Shown here: positions 51,159 through 63,000 of the stretch, in pieces
Layout: each line of letters begins with the position of its first letter
Numbering within the stretch: the stretch's first letter is position 1
NCBI RefSeq assembly: GCF_011745625.1
Contig: NW_027191453.1
Coordinates: 496,001-560,000 of the forward strand
Length of the DNA stretch: 64,000 bases
Origin: Cladosporium halotolerans
Taxonomy: Eukaryota
Direction of reading: 5' to 3'
Translations under genes and position numbers: made by a program
The notes under the pieces: generated by a model
Database searches by the model: none
Told to the model about the DNA's origin: nothing
Seen by the model: only the letters and a program-made list of their open reading frames with translations

Positions 51159-53314
51159 ATGTACAACGCGCATCGTGGCATGGGCCCGCCCGGGCCTCCT
51201 GCGCCTGGCGCTCGCCTTGCCGAGCTACTGGAGCAGGTGCGCGCCGAGTTCGAGACTCAGGCCGGCCGCTCGAACGAGCATGAACACCAACGTAAGCTCT
51301 CCGCGGACCTTGCTGGGGTGGTCTAGATGCGGCGCAGACGGACGCGTTTTGGCGCACAAGGAAAAGACCAGCACGCGCGCCTGTGCCCAAGCACCCGCTC
51401 TGCGCTGCTCGACGGCCACTATATTTCACTCTGATATGATGCTGACCTATTTACGGGCATAGTACATGCTCAGATGCAGGAGATGGAACTAATTAGGAGC
51501 AAGATTTTCCAGCTTGAGCAGAGCCACCAGTTGAAGCAGGTCCAGTGAGTGTTTACTAGACGATCTAACACTTGAGGACCAAGGATTAACATTGTACAGG
51601 TACGAGGAAGAACTGACTCGTCTTCGGCGTGAGATGGAGCAGAGAGGTGTCCCTCCTGGCAGTGGTCCTGGTGGCCCTTCGCAGCCTCCACCACCCGCGA
51701 TCGGGCACGGTCCTGCCAACCTGTTCCAAGGCATCATGGCTGGCAGCGCTGCTCAAGGCGGTCCGGGTCTCGCGCCGCCTCCTCAGGAGCAGCAAGGTCA
51801 GCCTGGCATGCCTGGCCACATGCAAGCTCCCAGCGCGCCGGGCTTCAATGCCCCCCCGGCCCCCCCTCACAACCCATTTGCGTACGGTGGCCAGCCTCAA
51901 GGACCTGGCGTCAATGGATACGGTCCCCAGCCGCCGCAGCCAACTGCTTCTCCAGGTCCAGGTAAGCCGCGTGTTGGTGCTGGTGGCCGTCTTGATGGCC
52001 TCGCGACGCCTCAGCAAAGCCAGCCGAATCCGTACCCAGGCTCACCTAGTGTAGCACGTCCTACGCCTCCTCCTGCTCACCAGGCCCCGCCGCCGCAGAG
52101 CGTGCACGATGGGTTCCAGTACACTGGTAATGAGCTTGAGGAGATCGGCAACAAGCTCTCTGACCTTGAGCTTACCAAGCTGCCTTCCAGCTTCAAGCGT
52201 ACTGGCGAGGATTGGCACGCAGTGTTCAACCCCCGCGCCATGCGCAGACTCGATGTGGACCTCGTGCACAACCTCGTTCACCAGAGTGTTGTGTGCTGCG
52301 TTCGCTTCAGCGCTGATGGAAAATATGTCGCTACCGGCTGTAACAGGTCAGCACAGATTTTCGACGTTGTCACTGGTCAGCAAGTCTGCCACCTGACCGA
52401 CAACAACACCAACCAGGATGGCGATCTATACATTCGCAGCGTCTGCTTCAGTCCTGATGGAAGGTACCTGGCAACCGGTGCGGAGGATAAGATCATCCGT
52501 GTAAGTTTAATCTGAGCTAATACTTTTGCATTCATCTAACTGTGAACGCAGGTCTGGGAAATTGCCACCAAGCGTATCCTGCACCAGTTCGCTGGCCACG
52601 AGCAGGACATCTACTCTCTGGACTTTGCCTCCGATGGTCGTCACATCGCCTCCGGTTCTGGTGACCGCACCATCAGGCTTTGGGACATCCAGGAGAACCA
52701 GTGCATCCTCACTCTCCAGATCGAGGACGGTGTTACCACCGTTGCCATCTCGCCCGACAACCGTTTTGTCGCTGCAGGCAGCTTGGACAAGAGCGTGCGT
52801 ATCTGGGACACCCAGACTGGTGTGCTCGTTGAGCGTACCGAGGGCGAGCAGGGCCACAACGACAGTGTGTACAGTGTTGCGTTCTCTCCTGATGGCCGTC
52901 ACCTCGTTTCTGGTTCTCTCGACAAGACCATCAAGATGTGGGAGCTCAACAACGCCGGCTTCTACAACCGCGCTGGTAGCCAGCCCAAGAGTGGCAAGTG
53001 TGTCAAGACCTTCGAGGGCCACAAGGACTTTGTCCTCAGTGTCGCCCTCACTCCCGATGGCCAATGGGTCATGTCCGGAAGCAAGGACCGGGGGGTCCAG
53101 TTCTGGGACCCGGCTACTGGCCAGGCTCAGCTCATGCTGCAAGGCCACAAGAACTCTGGTATGTCAAACAGGTCGTCCTCTTTCAGGCGTTTGCTAATAC
53201 ACTCATCCAGTCATCTCTGTGGCCCCGTCTCCAGTCGGCGGTCTCTTTGCCACCGGTTCTGGCGACATGAAAGCCAGAATCTGGCGCTACGACCCCTACC
53301 GTGGCCCGCCTTGA
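51159..53314 (+). CDS. TUP1: Transcriptional corepressor Tup1/RCO-1, 5 exons (51159-51291, 51463-51544, 51600-52500, 52552-53158, 53211-53314)
   Basis: N-terminal [23 protein letters not shown] domain. WD40 repeats [54 protein letters not shown] and [12 protein letters not shown]. Confidence 0.96.
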
Positions 53315-54893
53315 ACATGACGACCAGCCGCTTTAATAAGGTTGCAGTAATGGAAAGCAAATTTGTTCAATCTTGGTGTCGTGGCGCGGCATTTTCATGG
53401 TTCGCCTTTCGGTTGCAACGCCAACACGGTCGTCGATCTAGTCACGCCGAGTGTCTCGCCGCAGGAGTCTTGCGCGCAGTCCGGGATGAATGCTACCACG
53501 GCGGGAGCGGTCGAAATTGGCAACAAACAGCGGATAGGCACATGGCGGGAAAAAACATCAAATCTGACGCAAATGACGAACCGGCGAAGAAAGCGCACCC
53601 CTTGATTTCTTTGGCGATGCGATGACCTTTGTTGCTGGGCGAAAAAATCCTTTGTCTCTTGTCTGTACGTGTGTAGGCTTCTATAACGTTTTTTCACCTT
53701 CCCCCACAAATCACTGAGCTCGGTTTTGCGTGAAGACAGCACGGAGCCTACGCTACCGACTATCAGCAACGAAGTAATAAAATATAGCCAGTCGACGTCT
53801 ACCGGCCGTATGGAGTACGGCCGACATCCGGAGAGCCCGTCGCTCTGCGTGGACGCGGAACTTTGCACATCCGGCCGGCCACCGACTCCCGCCAGCGGCC
53901 AGCCACGCAGCGTTTCTTCAAGCAGCGGTACTCAACATTTCTGCTGCGGAGCGTGCCCCGTTCCTTGAAAAGTGGAGCCCCGTCGAGCCCTTTCTCCACG
54001 GCAACCAAGAGGCGCCCGCGCGTTAACACTTCTTCGAGAACCTGCTGCCCGGCGGCTTGCCCGCCCGCTGTGCATGAGGTACATACCGGGCACGCGCGCT
54101 TTTCCTGCATGCGTGACGTGTCTCAAAATAATGCAGAATGGAAGGTTTTGCACGTGGCTGAAGAGAGTGAGTGTCGATGCCGTCGCCGGGAGCCATGGTG
54201 GAGTGCTTGCGTGGACGGTCGAGGGCTCAGTGTAAACAGTCGCCATGCCCAGTCAAAGTGCTGTGCAGCAGGGTAGTTCTCCAGTATTTCTTCTGGAGCG
54301 TATGCGAGACGGCAGCGAAGTACTGCACGCAAGACGTCGTTCCTGACGAGCTGGCGAATGAGGGCACGTGTTCTGCGTGGGAGGCAGCTCGGGTTTGGGA
54401 GCGAGACGCGAGATGAGATGACCGGCGCCCGCTGTTCTGTGCTGCGCCTCGCTCGTCACTACTTCCGCCCAGCCCAGGCGGTCGCATTCGCCATCGCCTG
54501 GGCACGCGCAACTCTACTAGGTACATGGTGTGACGGCAGCCCGCCTGATGTATTGTACATTCTCTTCCTACATTTTAGCATCTCCTGCGCGACTTTCCCC
54601 GTCCTGCCTCCACGAACAGACTTGCTCGGCAAAAAGCGTCTAAGTTCGACTGGCCTCTGAAACGTCGGGCCCCTATTGAGATTACCCACTGCTAGCAGCT
54701 CGGCCACGCGACACCAGCCGTGCCCGGCACGTCGCTCGTGGGCCCGGAGATTGGGACAGACATACTACCACTGCTGCTGTCAGAAAGTCGCAACGCTTGT
54801 TCACTCTCTTCCTCCACCTCCCGCCCGCGCCCTATCCTCAATCCTCCAACCTACTTTACCACCTCGCGGGCCGCTAGCCTCAACTCTGCCACC

Positions 54894-55993
54894 ATGCGCC
54901 GCGGCGCTGTGCTCTTCCTGCTGTGCACCACCGCCATAATCCTCTTCCTGGTGCACTCCGTCTGGACACTGCTTACCCTGCTGGTGGCCGACGGCTCCGA
55001 AGATGCCATCTCGAAAGCCGAGCTCCCGGCGCCTGGCAGCCCGCTCATCGATACCCGACCACAGTTGATCCCCAAGATCATCCACCAGACATACATCAAC
55101 ACCTCTATCCCTGAGGTATGGCGGGAAGCGCAGCAGTCTTGCCTCGACCTGCATCAGGCGCCGGAATGGGAGTACAAGCTGTGGACAGATGCGGACAGCC
55201 TGCAATTCATCCACGACGAATACCCTTGGTTCTACGAGACGTTCAAGAACTACCCCTACCCAATCCAGCGCGCCGATGCGATTCGCTACTTCGTCCTCAA
55301 CCACTTCGGCGGCATCTACATCGACCTGGACGACGGCTGCAACCGCGAACTTGAGCCGCTCCTGTCTTACCCGGCCTGGGTGCGCAAGACAATGCCCACC
55401 GGTATCTCCAACGACGCAATGGGCGCGGTCCCTCACCACCCGTTCTTCATGCGCGTCATCGAGCAGATTCACAACTACGACCGCAACTGGATCCTGCCTT
55501 ATATCACAATCATGGGAAGCACCGGTCCGCTCTTCTTGAGCGTCATGTGGAGGCATTGGACCGCCGACGGTATGAACGTCGGCGACGGGCCTGAGGGCGG
55601 CCGCGTGCGCGTGCTCTTCCCGGACGAGTACAACAGCCACTCCTGGAGCTTCTTCACCCACCACCTGGGCAACTCGTGGCACGGTAAGGACGTGCAGCTG
55701 ATCTTCTGGGTAAGTTTCCCTTGGGAATCACTACGTTCCACATCTTGAATGAATTCTGACTCTCCCCGCAGATGGCACGCAACTGGGTCCTCGTCACCCT
55801 CATCGGCTTCATCCTCGGCGGCGCCGTCCTCTGCTTCTGCTGGTGGTCCTACCGCCGCTACATCCTCGTCTCGCACTCCGCCTCCGCCGACATCCCGCAG
55901 TGGAAGACCGCCTCGATCCGCTCGCGCCTGCCCTTCTGGCGCCGCGCGAGCGCGCAGAAAGAGTACGAGCTTGTATCGAGGCACGAGGTGTAG
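54894..55993 (+). CDS. SUR1: Mannosylinositol phosphorylceramide synthase catalytic subunit (GT32), 2 exons (54894-55709, 55772-55993)
   Basis: N-terminal TM, IPKIIHQT, YPIQRADAIRYF, GGIYIDLD (DxD), PTGISND, STGPLFLS, SWH and a C-terminal TM. Confidence 0.88.
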
Positions 55994-56663
55994 GGCGTTT
56001 TATAAGAGGAGGGGAAACGATGTGTTTTGGGGTTTTCAATTTTTTTTTTTGTACACCTTGTGGTCGTGCACAGCGCCGGCGTTATATAATCCTACCTTTA
56101 TGATCGCGCACATTTTGGTGTGCCGGGAGATGACAACAACAAAAAAGAGAACAAGAGCGGAGACGGCGGGCTCGAAGTGCTCGGCCTGCTGCTCCCAAGT
56201 ACACAGAGAGAAAACCTGGCTAGGGCAGGAGGGAACGGGAAAGCCTATGAGGATCTATTGCAGTTGAATTTTAATTAAGAAATCAATTCGATTCTGAATG
56301 AGTATCTAATTCCACGCAGAGGGGAATGTGAGTATGTCCTTGTTCTATAGTTGAATCGTCGAACATTCTTTTCTCCCTTTCAACGAGCCGCATACCTGCA
56401 ATAAATTACTGCACGTGTGATCTACCCAAGTTCAATCTCGAGCGCTCCGTGGGTAGCGAAGATGCAAACCCAATGGTTTGACGGCACGTGATCCGCGCTG
56501 CCTGCCTGAGACAGCCAGAATCTTGGCGCGATCAGCCGACGCGGGCCGCACCGCCCATTTGCGCACCTGCGACTTTCGAATTTGGGCTTGCCGCACTACG
56601 ACAGCGAATCTCCAGGCGACCACCGAACCAACACACCGAAGACATCCGGACAACACCGTCAAG

Positions 56664-57074
56664 ATGCCTGTACGTACACCCGCGACCATGCAACGACACC
56701 ATCGGCATGCCGTGATACGGACATGCTAACACTGCGACAGTCCCACAAGTCGTTCCGCACCAAGCAGAAGCTGGCCAAGGCCCAGAAGCAGAACAGGCCC
56801 ATCCCCCAGTGGATCCGCCTGAAGACTGGCAACACCATCAGGTATGGATAGCCCTGAGATCCCGGCTGGATTGGACATGCGGAGCGCGAGGATGGAATGG
56901 ATGGAGGGAAATGCATGGGCTACGGAGTCTTGCGCTTCGGCGATGCAGACTTGAGATCACGAGAGTGGCAAGGCAGGGCAAAGCCAGAGAAGAACCTCTC
57001 CGCTGACCACGATATCGTCGAACAGGTACAACGCCAAGAGGAGGCACTGGCGCAAGACCCGCATCGGTATCTAA
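56664..57074 (+). CDS. RPL39: 60S ribosomal protein L39 (eL39), 3 exons (56664-56669, 56741-56841, 57026-57074)
   Basis: Spliced translation [51 protein letters not shown]. Confidence 0.97.
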
Positions 57075-58247
57075 GCGACTCGCCTACGATGCTGGAGCAG
57101 GATGCACACGTCCGCGGTCGACCGAGCCACCACGACAACCACGACTTCAAACTCTTCTCGGACCGGACTGGAGGGATCGAGGCAGCGTGGCAGTAATACC
57201 AAAATTCAACGGGAAAATGGAAAATTCACATATTACGACCACGCGAACTCTGCTGCGCTCGTCTCTTTCACACTTTTTTGGCATGGGATGGGCGCGTTTT
57301 TGCTTTGACGATGTGAGGATTGTTGGAATCACACACTGGGCCCTCCCTTTTGGCCTCTTTGCACGGAGGCGGGAGGTCGGCGTCCTGCTTTAGCTGTGGT
57401 GTAGTGGATGGAAATCGATGATGCGTCAAGAATACCCTGTCATTTCCTTCGTTCTGTTCTTTCATTGTCACGCCGATATGCTCCTGCGGAATCACCTTTG
57501 CAAGAGCCTCTTCCTTTGTCGGTCCAGAGTCTCCGCCATCGCTCTAATGGAGCAGGTTCCAACCCGTGGCAACTGAGTGCAATCAGATACTCGCTCCTGG
57601 GATAATATGATGATCTCATGGGTTCAACTGATAAAATCTTCAGGCAGTCATCTAAGCTCACGATGTGGGCATCACGCATCATGGCCACCGACGAATGTAC
57701 ATTTCGGACAGCGCTTCTCTGAATCGTTCGGCGAGTACGGACATTTGACATCAACATCTCGGCCTTGAACCGAAGAAGCTCCACGCTCAGGATTCGCATT
57801 CCTATCATCAACATGTATTTGTTCTTCATCTGATACGGATGCAGGCCTCGGCACCGGGGACCCTTCAATATATTGAGTGACTTGACCCGCTGACGTGCTT
57901 CACTACAAATCTCCGGCGTAGACAAGGAATTTATCCACTGTTGAATTAGCGCTTCGGGTCCTCGAAGTGATCAAGTCGCATGGCAAGGCTCATGACACGA
58001 CCGACATGCTCGATGCGTCAGGTCATTTCGATATGTGAGCTAGTCTCTGGCGCTGGACACCTGACAGCAAGATTTAAGCTTTGGTCAGCATGTTGATGGA
58101 TTGATGACAAAGTGACCGAAGTCAAAAGCGAAGGCCTGAATGCTATCAGTACATGTTTGAGTATATTACAGAGCAATCCGCCATCGAGGTCAGTATGTGC
58201 AACCACCTGCCTAGACGACACCTCACTCGCCTGCATCGATCATCAAC

Positions 58248-58691
58248 ATGGCTTCAAAACACCCACCTCAGCAAAATACGCGCTGGCCAACAGCCAACAA
58301 TGGCAACCAAGAAGCCGCCTACCCACTCCAAGACATTGTCGTCCCGGCAATCATCCTGACCACTCCGCAACGCACAACCGGGACTCTCGCCGACGCCCGA
58401 CTTTCCTTCGACACCGACTCGCTGTTCTCAGACTCGAGCACCATCAGACCGCCGCCGAGTCCCACCTCGCGACAAGTCCAACTGACGCGCCGCCGCAAAT
58501 ACGCCATTCGTCCCTGCCTCCGCGACTGCTGCGGCCTGCTCTTCGTCCTGCTGTTCATCGCTATCCTCGGCGCTTCGATCACCGGTATCGTTATGCTGGT
58601 GAATTACCATAAGGCACAGTCTACTGCGAAATATTTGGAGGATTGTAAGCTCAGTGGCAAGTGTGGTCCGCAGGGTGGGTTTGGGCGTTGA
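58248..58691 (+). CDS. Small single-pass membrane hypothetical protein (147 aa)
   Basis: S/T/P-rich N-terminus, basic RRRK, then CC and a hydrophobic helix GLLFVLLFIAILGASITGIVMLV. Confidence 0.6.
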   Translation: MASKHPPQQNTRWPTANNGNQEAAYPLQDIVVPAIILTTPQRTTGTLADARLSFDTDSLFSDSSTIRPPPSPTSRQVQLTRRRKYAIRPCLRDCCGLLFVLLFIAILGASITGIVMLVNYHKAQSTAKYLEDCKLSGKCGPQGGFGR

Positions 58692-59211
58692 GCGCGGTCT
58701 GAGGTTCTACGTTGATTCATCGATGGTTCGGAAGCAGTCGCAATCGTTACCTGCATTGAGAATGGACGTCTTGTACTACCGGCGGTGATAGACATGCCTC
58801 TGGGCTGTAATTCACCATGACCTAAGAGTCTTTTCTCACCACTTGCTACTTGTCTCTGATGACTAAGTCTGCTCGATGTTGAGTATGGAGGTCAATAGCA
58901 CGGTCCGTCAGCGTGGTAACTTCGCACATGATCGCGGCGGTAAGCAGATATATGTCTGGGCGAACAGGCGTCCCACTTGATGACCACGCGACACAGGCAT
59001 CCTTTGTCCTCAAAAAATGTCCATTAGACTTCTGAAATTCTAGCATGGCTATTTCACCCATCCTCAGTGTCTATTATATATATGCAAGCTATCATGTCAT
59101 CTCTAGTTTGCTCCAAATAATCACACCACAGCAACGCTTCGGTCAACACACAACATACCACCCCATCAATTGCTCACCACGATCCCACCGAAACCCAACT
59201 TCACCGCTATA

Positions 59212-59687
59212 ATGTCTCTCTCAAAAGGCACCGAGCTTCTCCCCCTCTACTCCCTCCGCCCAAACCCGCCTCCCAGGTACCACCATCATCCCCTTCCCCT
59301 CCCCTCACAACCACCAACTAACCACTCTCCTCCAGCGCCTCCAACCCACCCCACCCCACCCAAGAACAAGAACGCCGCGACAGCCACCAATCCGACTCCC
59401 CCTCGCCGCCACCCCCAGCCTACGCCACGCACCCAATCTCCGACGCGCCTTCGCCCCCGGCCTACATCCAACCGCACATCATGCCCAGCCGGGCGGTAGC
59501 GAGGAGGCAACGCTGGCCCTACGACGGCAGGGACAAGACGAGGTTCTGCGTGGGGCTGTTGATCGCGCTGCTGGTTGTGGCGGCTTTTTTCCTTGCTGTT
59601 TGGAAGTTGGTCGTTGGGCAGATGGGGGGTGGGGAACAGGGGCGTGAGGGGAGGGAGGGGGAGGGGGGAAGGTTGGGGTGGTTGTGA
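59212..59687 (+). CDS. Small PY-motif single-pass membrane protein, 2 exons (59212-59276, 59336-59687)
   Basis: TATA-like TATTATATA at about 59072. Intron GTACCA..CTAAC..CAG fuses two ORFs in frame. LPLY and two PPAY motifs precede the TM FCVGLLIALLVVAAFFLAVW. Confidence 0.65.
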
Positions 59688-60026
59688 GTCTTCGTTAGTC
59701 CGGTGGGTTGATCTTGATTGAGTGGTTGATGTTGAGTCCGATCCTGGTGTGAGAAGGGAGCGGTGGTCGATTTAAGAGGTAGAGGGGGGAGTTGGTGTAC
59801 TCTGATGTATTCGATAATGAGGTGGGTTGTAGATTCGAAGGAAGAATAGGAAGTGCGAAAAAAAAACACATGAAAGAGGGTTCGACGGGCAACTTTATGC
59901 TCAATATATGGATTTCCCAATAGGGTATCAACAAACGCTATGATAGAAATGTTCTATGCGATGATTTCTTTTGAACGCCTCGCTCCCAAAAAGACATCGA
60001 ATCCAAAATGCTCACAAATGCAACAC

Positions 60027-63000
60027 CTACTGATGCTTGCCCAAACTCTGCAAATTGACCAGCTCGAAGTACCTCCCCTTCTGCGCCAACAGCTCCGAGT
60101 GCGTCCCGCTCTCCACCACCCTGCCCTGATCGAACACGTAGATCATATCCGCCTTCTGAATCGTCGACAAGCGGTGCGCGACAGCGATCGTGGTACGACC
60201 CTTAGCCGCCAAATCCAGCGCCGCCTGCACAACCTTCTCGGACTCCGAGTCGAGCGCGCTCGTCGCCTCGTCGAGCAGCAGCACCTTAGGGTTGCGCAGC
60301 AGGGCGCGGGCGATGGCGATGCGCTGCTTCTGGCCGCCGGACAGCATGCTGCCCTTGCTGCCGACGACGGTGTTGAAGGCGTCCGGCAGGCTGAGGATGA
60401 AGTCGTAGATGTTGGCGTCGCGGCAGGCCTGCACGATGGCCTCCTCGGGCACGTCCTCGGGCTTCGTGTCGGCGCCCAGCAGGATGTTGTCGCGGATCGT
60501 GCCCTGGTAGAGCGTGGGCTCTTGCGAGACGAGCGCCAGGTGCGAGCGGTAGTTGTTGATGTTCAGGCTGCTGATCTCGTGGCCGTCCGCGTACACGCCG
60601 CCGACCAGTGGGTCGTAGAAGCGCTCGAGCATGGCGATGGTGGTCGACTTGCCGCAGCCGGAGGCGCCGACGAGGGCGACGTACTGGCCTGGCTTGACGG
60701 TGAGGTTGAGGCCGCGGAGGACGGGCTGCTCTGGGCGGGTGGGGTAGCGGAAGTGGACGTCGCGGAACTCGATGGAGCCTTCCATTGTCTCGAGGACCTT
60801 GCCCTCAGTGCTCCAGGCGTCGATCTTAGGCTTGCGGTCGAGAAGGATCTTGAGCTCCGCAGCGGCGTGCTTGGCCTTGCCCATGTCAGGGGCGAAGGAG
60901 AAGATCGTGCCTGCGGATTGGGAGCCGAAGATGACAGCGGTGAAGACAAGGAAGAACTGGAACCCGCTGTACTCGCCAGAGCTGATGAGGGTGCCACCGT
61001 ACCAGAAACCGAGAGCCATGCAGAGGAAAGTGAGAGACTGCGAAGCGGCGTACAGCGTGGACGACCAGACGACACTGCGAAGAGATTTGACTTGCTGGGA
61101 TACCAGTTGCGCGTGGTAGTGCTCCCACACGTCGTCTTCGCGAGTGAGGGAGGCGACGGTACGAATGGCGGAAGTGGCCTCACAAGCGTAAGATGCGGAC
61201 TTCTCGTAGGCCTTCTTCGCGGTGCTCTGGAAGCGGGCAAGCATCCAGAAGCGAAAGAAACCACAGCCGAGAAGGATAGGGACGGTGGCGATACAGACAA
61301 GAGCGAGCTTCCAGCCGACGGCGAGAGCTACAACGCAGCAGGCAACAAGAGTGGTAGTCACCAGAAGGATGGTGCCAAGAGTGGTACCAGACATACCAGC
61401 CAAGTGGTTGGTCTCGGTACTCAGGAATGAAGTCAGAGCACCCGCGCTGTTCTCCTCGCGGTCAAAGAACTCGATGTCCTGTCTCAGCATGTAGCGGAAA
61501 GCCTGGTCGCGAGCGCGGTGAACGAGACGCTCACTGCAGAACGCGAAAGCAGTACCTTGAGCCAAGAAAGAGACGAGCTGGACCATCGCCAGCATGAAGT
61601 ACATCCAAGACCAGAAGTTGGCATCAGAGCGCAGCTCAGCATAGCGAGATTCCGGCAGAGACAGCGCCATAATGGACTTCGCGAAGAAGACGGACTGTGT
61701 GGGGTTGCCACCACCGCAGATGATAGCCCAGAACAGGCCAAAGATCATCCATCCCATTTCGGGCTTGTTGAACGATGCGACGAGCCTGACGAGCGTCCAA
61801 AGCGAGTACTTCTTCTCCTTCTCCTCGGCACGGTTCTCGAGGATCTTGCTTGACTCCGATTTGCCAGTCTTGGTGCGTCCAAGCTCGAGGTCATTGGGAT
61901 CGGTCTCGAACTCAGCCTCGCCCTTCTCGAGCTCGAGAGTCTTGACCTGAGGGTCTGTTTCGTCGAGGCCGAGAATCTCGTCCTCGTTCTTACGCTCGTT
62001 CTCCTGCGCGATGCGTTGAGCCTCGACCAGGTTGAAGTACGCGGCCTTTTTCTCCAGAAGGTCATCGTGCGTGCCCTGCTCTACGATGCGACCTTGCGAC
62101 ATGACGACGATGTTGTCGGCGTTCTTGATGGTGCTAAGACGGTGGGCAATGACGATGGTGGTACGACCCTGGGCAGCCTTGTCGAGCGCGGCTTGCACGA
62201 CACCCTCACTCTTGGTATCAAGCGCGGAGGTCGCTTCGTCGAGAAGAAGGATCTTGGGATCGCTGACAATCGCTCTGGCGATGGCAATACGCTGCTTCTG
62301 GCCACCACTGAGCAGGAAGCCGCGCTCGCCGACGTTGGTCTCGTAGCCCTCAGGGAGCTGGGTGATGAAGTCGTGGGCGTTGGACATGCGCGCTGCGTTC
62401 TCGACGAGGTCCTGGATTGCCTTCTCCGAGGCACTCTCGTGCTCGGTACCGATGAGACCGTGACGAATGTTGCCAGCAATAGTGGTGGCGAAAAGAGTGG
62501 GCTCTTGCGAAACCAAGCTGATGTGCTGTCTGAGCCAGCGCAGGTTCAAGTCTTGCACGTTGTGGCCATCTAGGTATACAGAGCCACCCACAGGGTCGTA
62601 GAAGCGCTCCACCAAGCCAACGATAGTACTCTTACCACTGCCAGACGCACCGACCAGAGCGGTCGTCTTTCCTGCGGGGATTTCCAGGTTGACGTCTTCC
62701 ATAACAACGACCTCAGGTCGCGAAGGGTAGATGTGGCGGATGTTGCGAAGTTCAACATTGCCCTCGACGGTGTCGAGCTTCTTGCCGGTCTCAGACTTCG
62801 GGTCCAGAGGAGAGACACGGTCGATGGTAGAGAAGATCTTGACACCAGCGGCGGTTGCGGTGGTGAAAGCACCAATGTTGGGAGCTACGTTTCCGAGGGA
62901 GAACGCGCCGATCATGACGGCTAGCAAGACTGTGACGACCTCGTTCAAGTTCATCTCGCCCCATACCAGGTACCGCGAACCTTGCCAGAAACTCAGAGAG

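Noticed and set aside
56842..57025. RPL39 intron 2 with a C(UUCG)G-capped hairpin near 56926-56951 as an H/ACA snoRNA or autoregulatory element
   Set aside because: The stem is short and interrupted, and there is no convincing hairpin-H-hairpin-ACA layout.
59940..61430. Long antisense ORFs (also 2598-3686, 21978-22949, 25010-25819, 36453-37358, 38720-39718, 54801-55682)
   Set aside because: They mirror well-supported genes on the other strand. High GC3 codon bias removes antisense stops, and the translations have no recognisable motifs.
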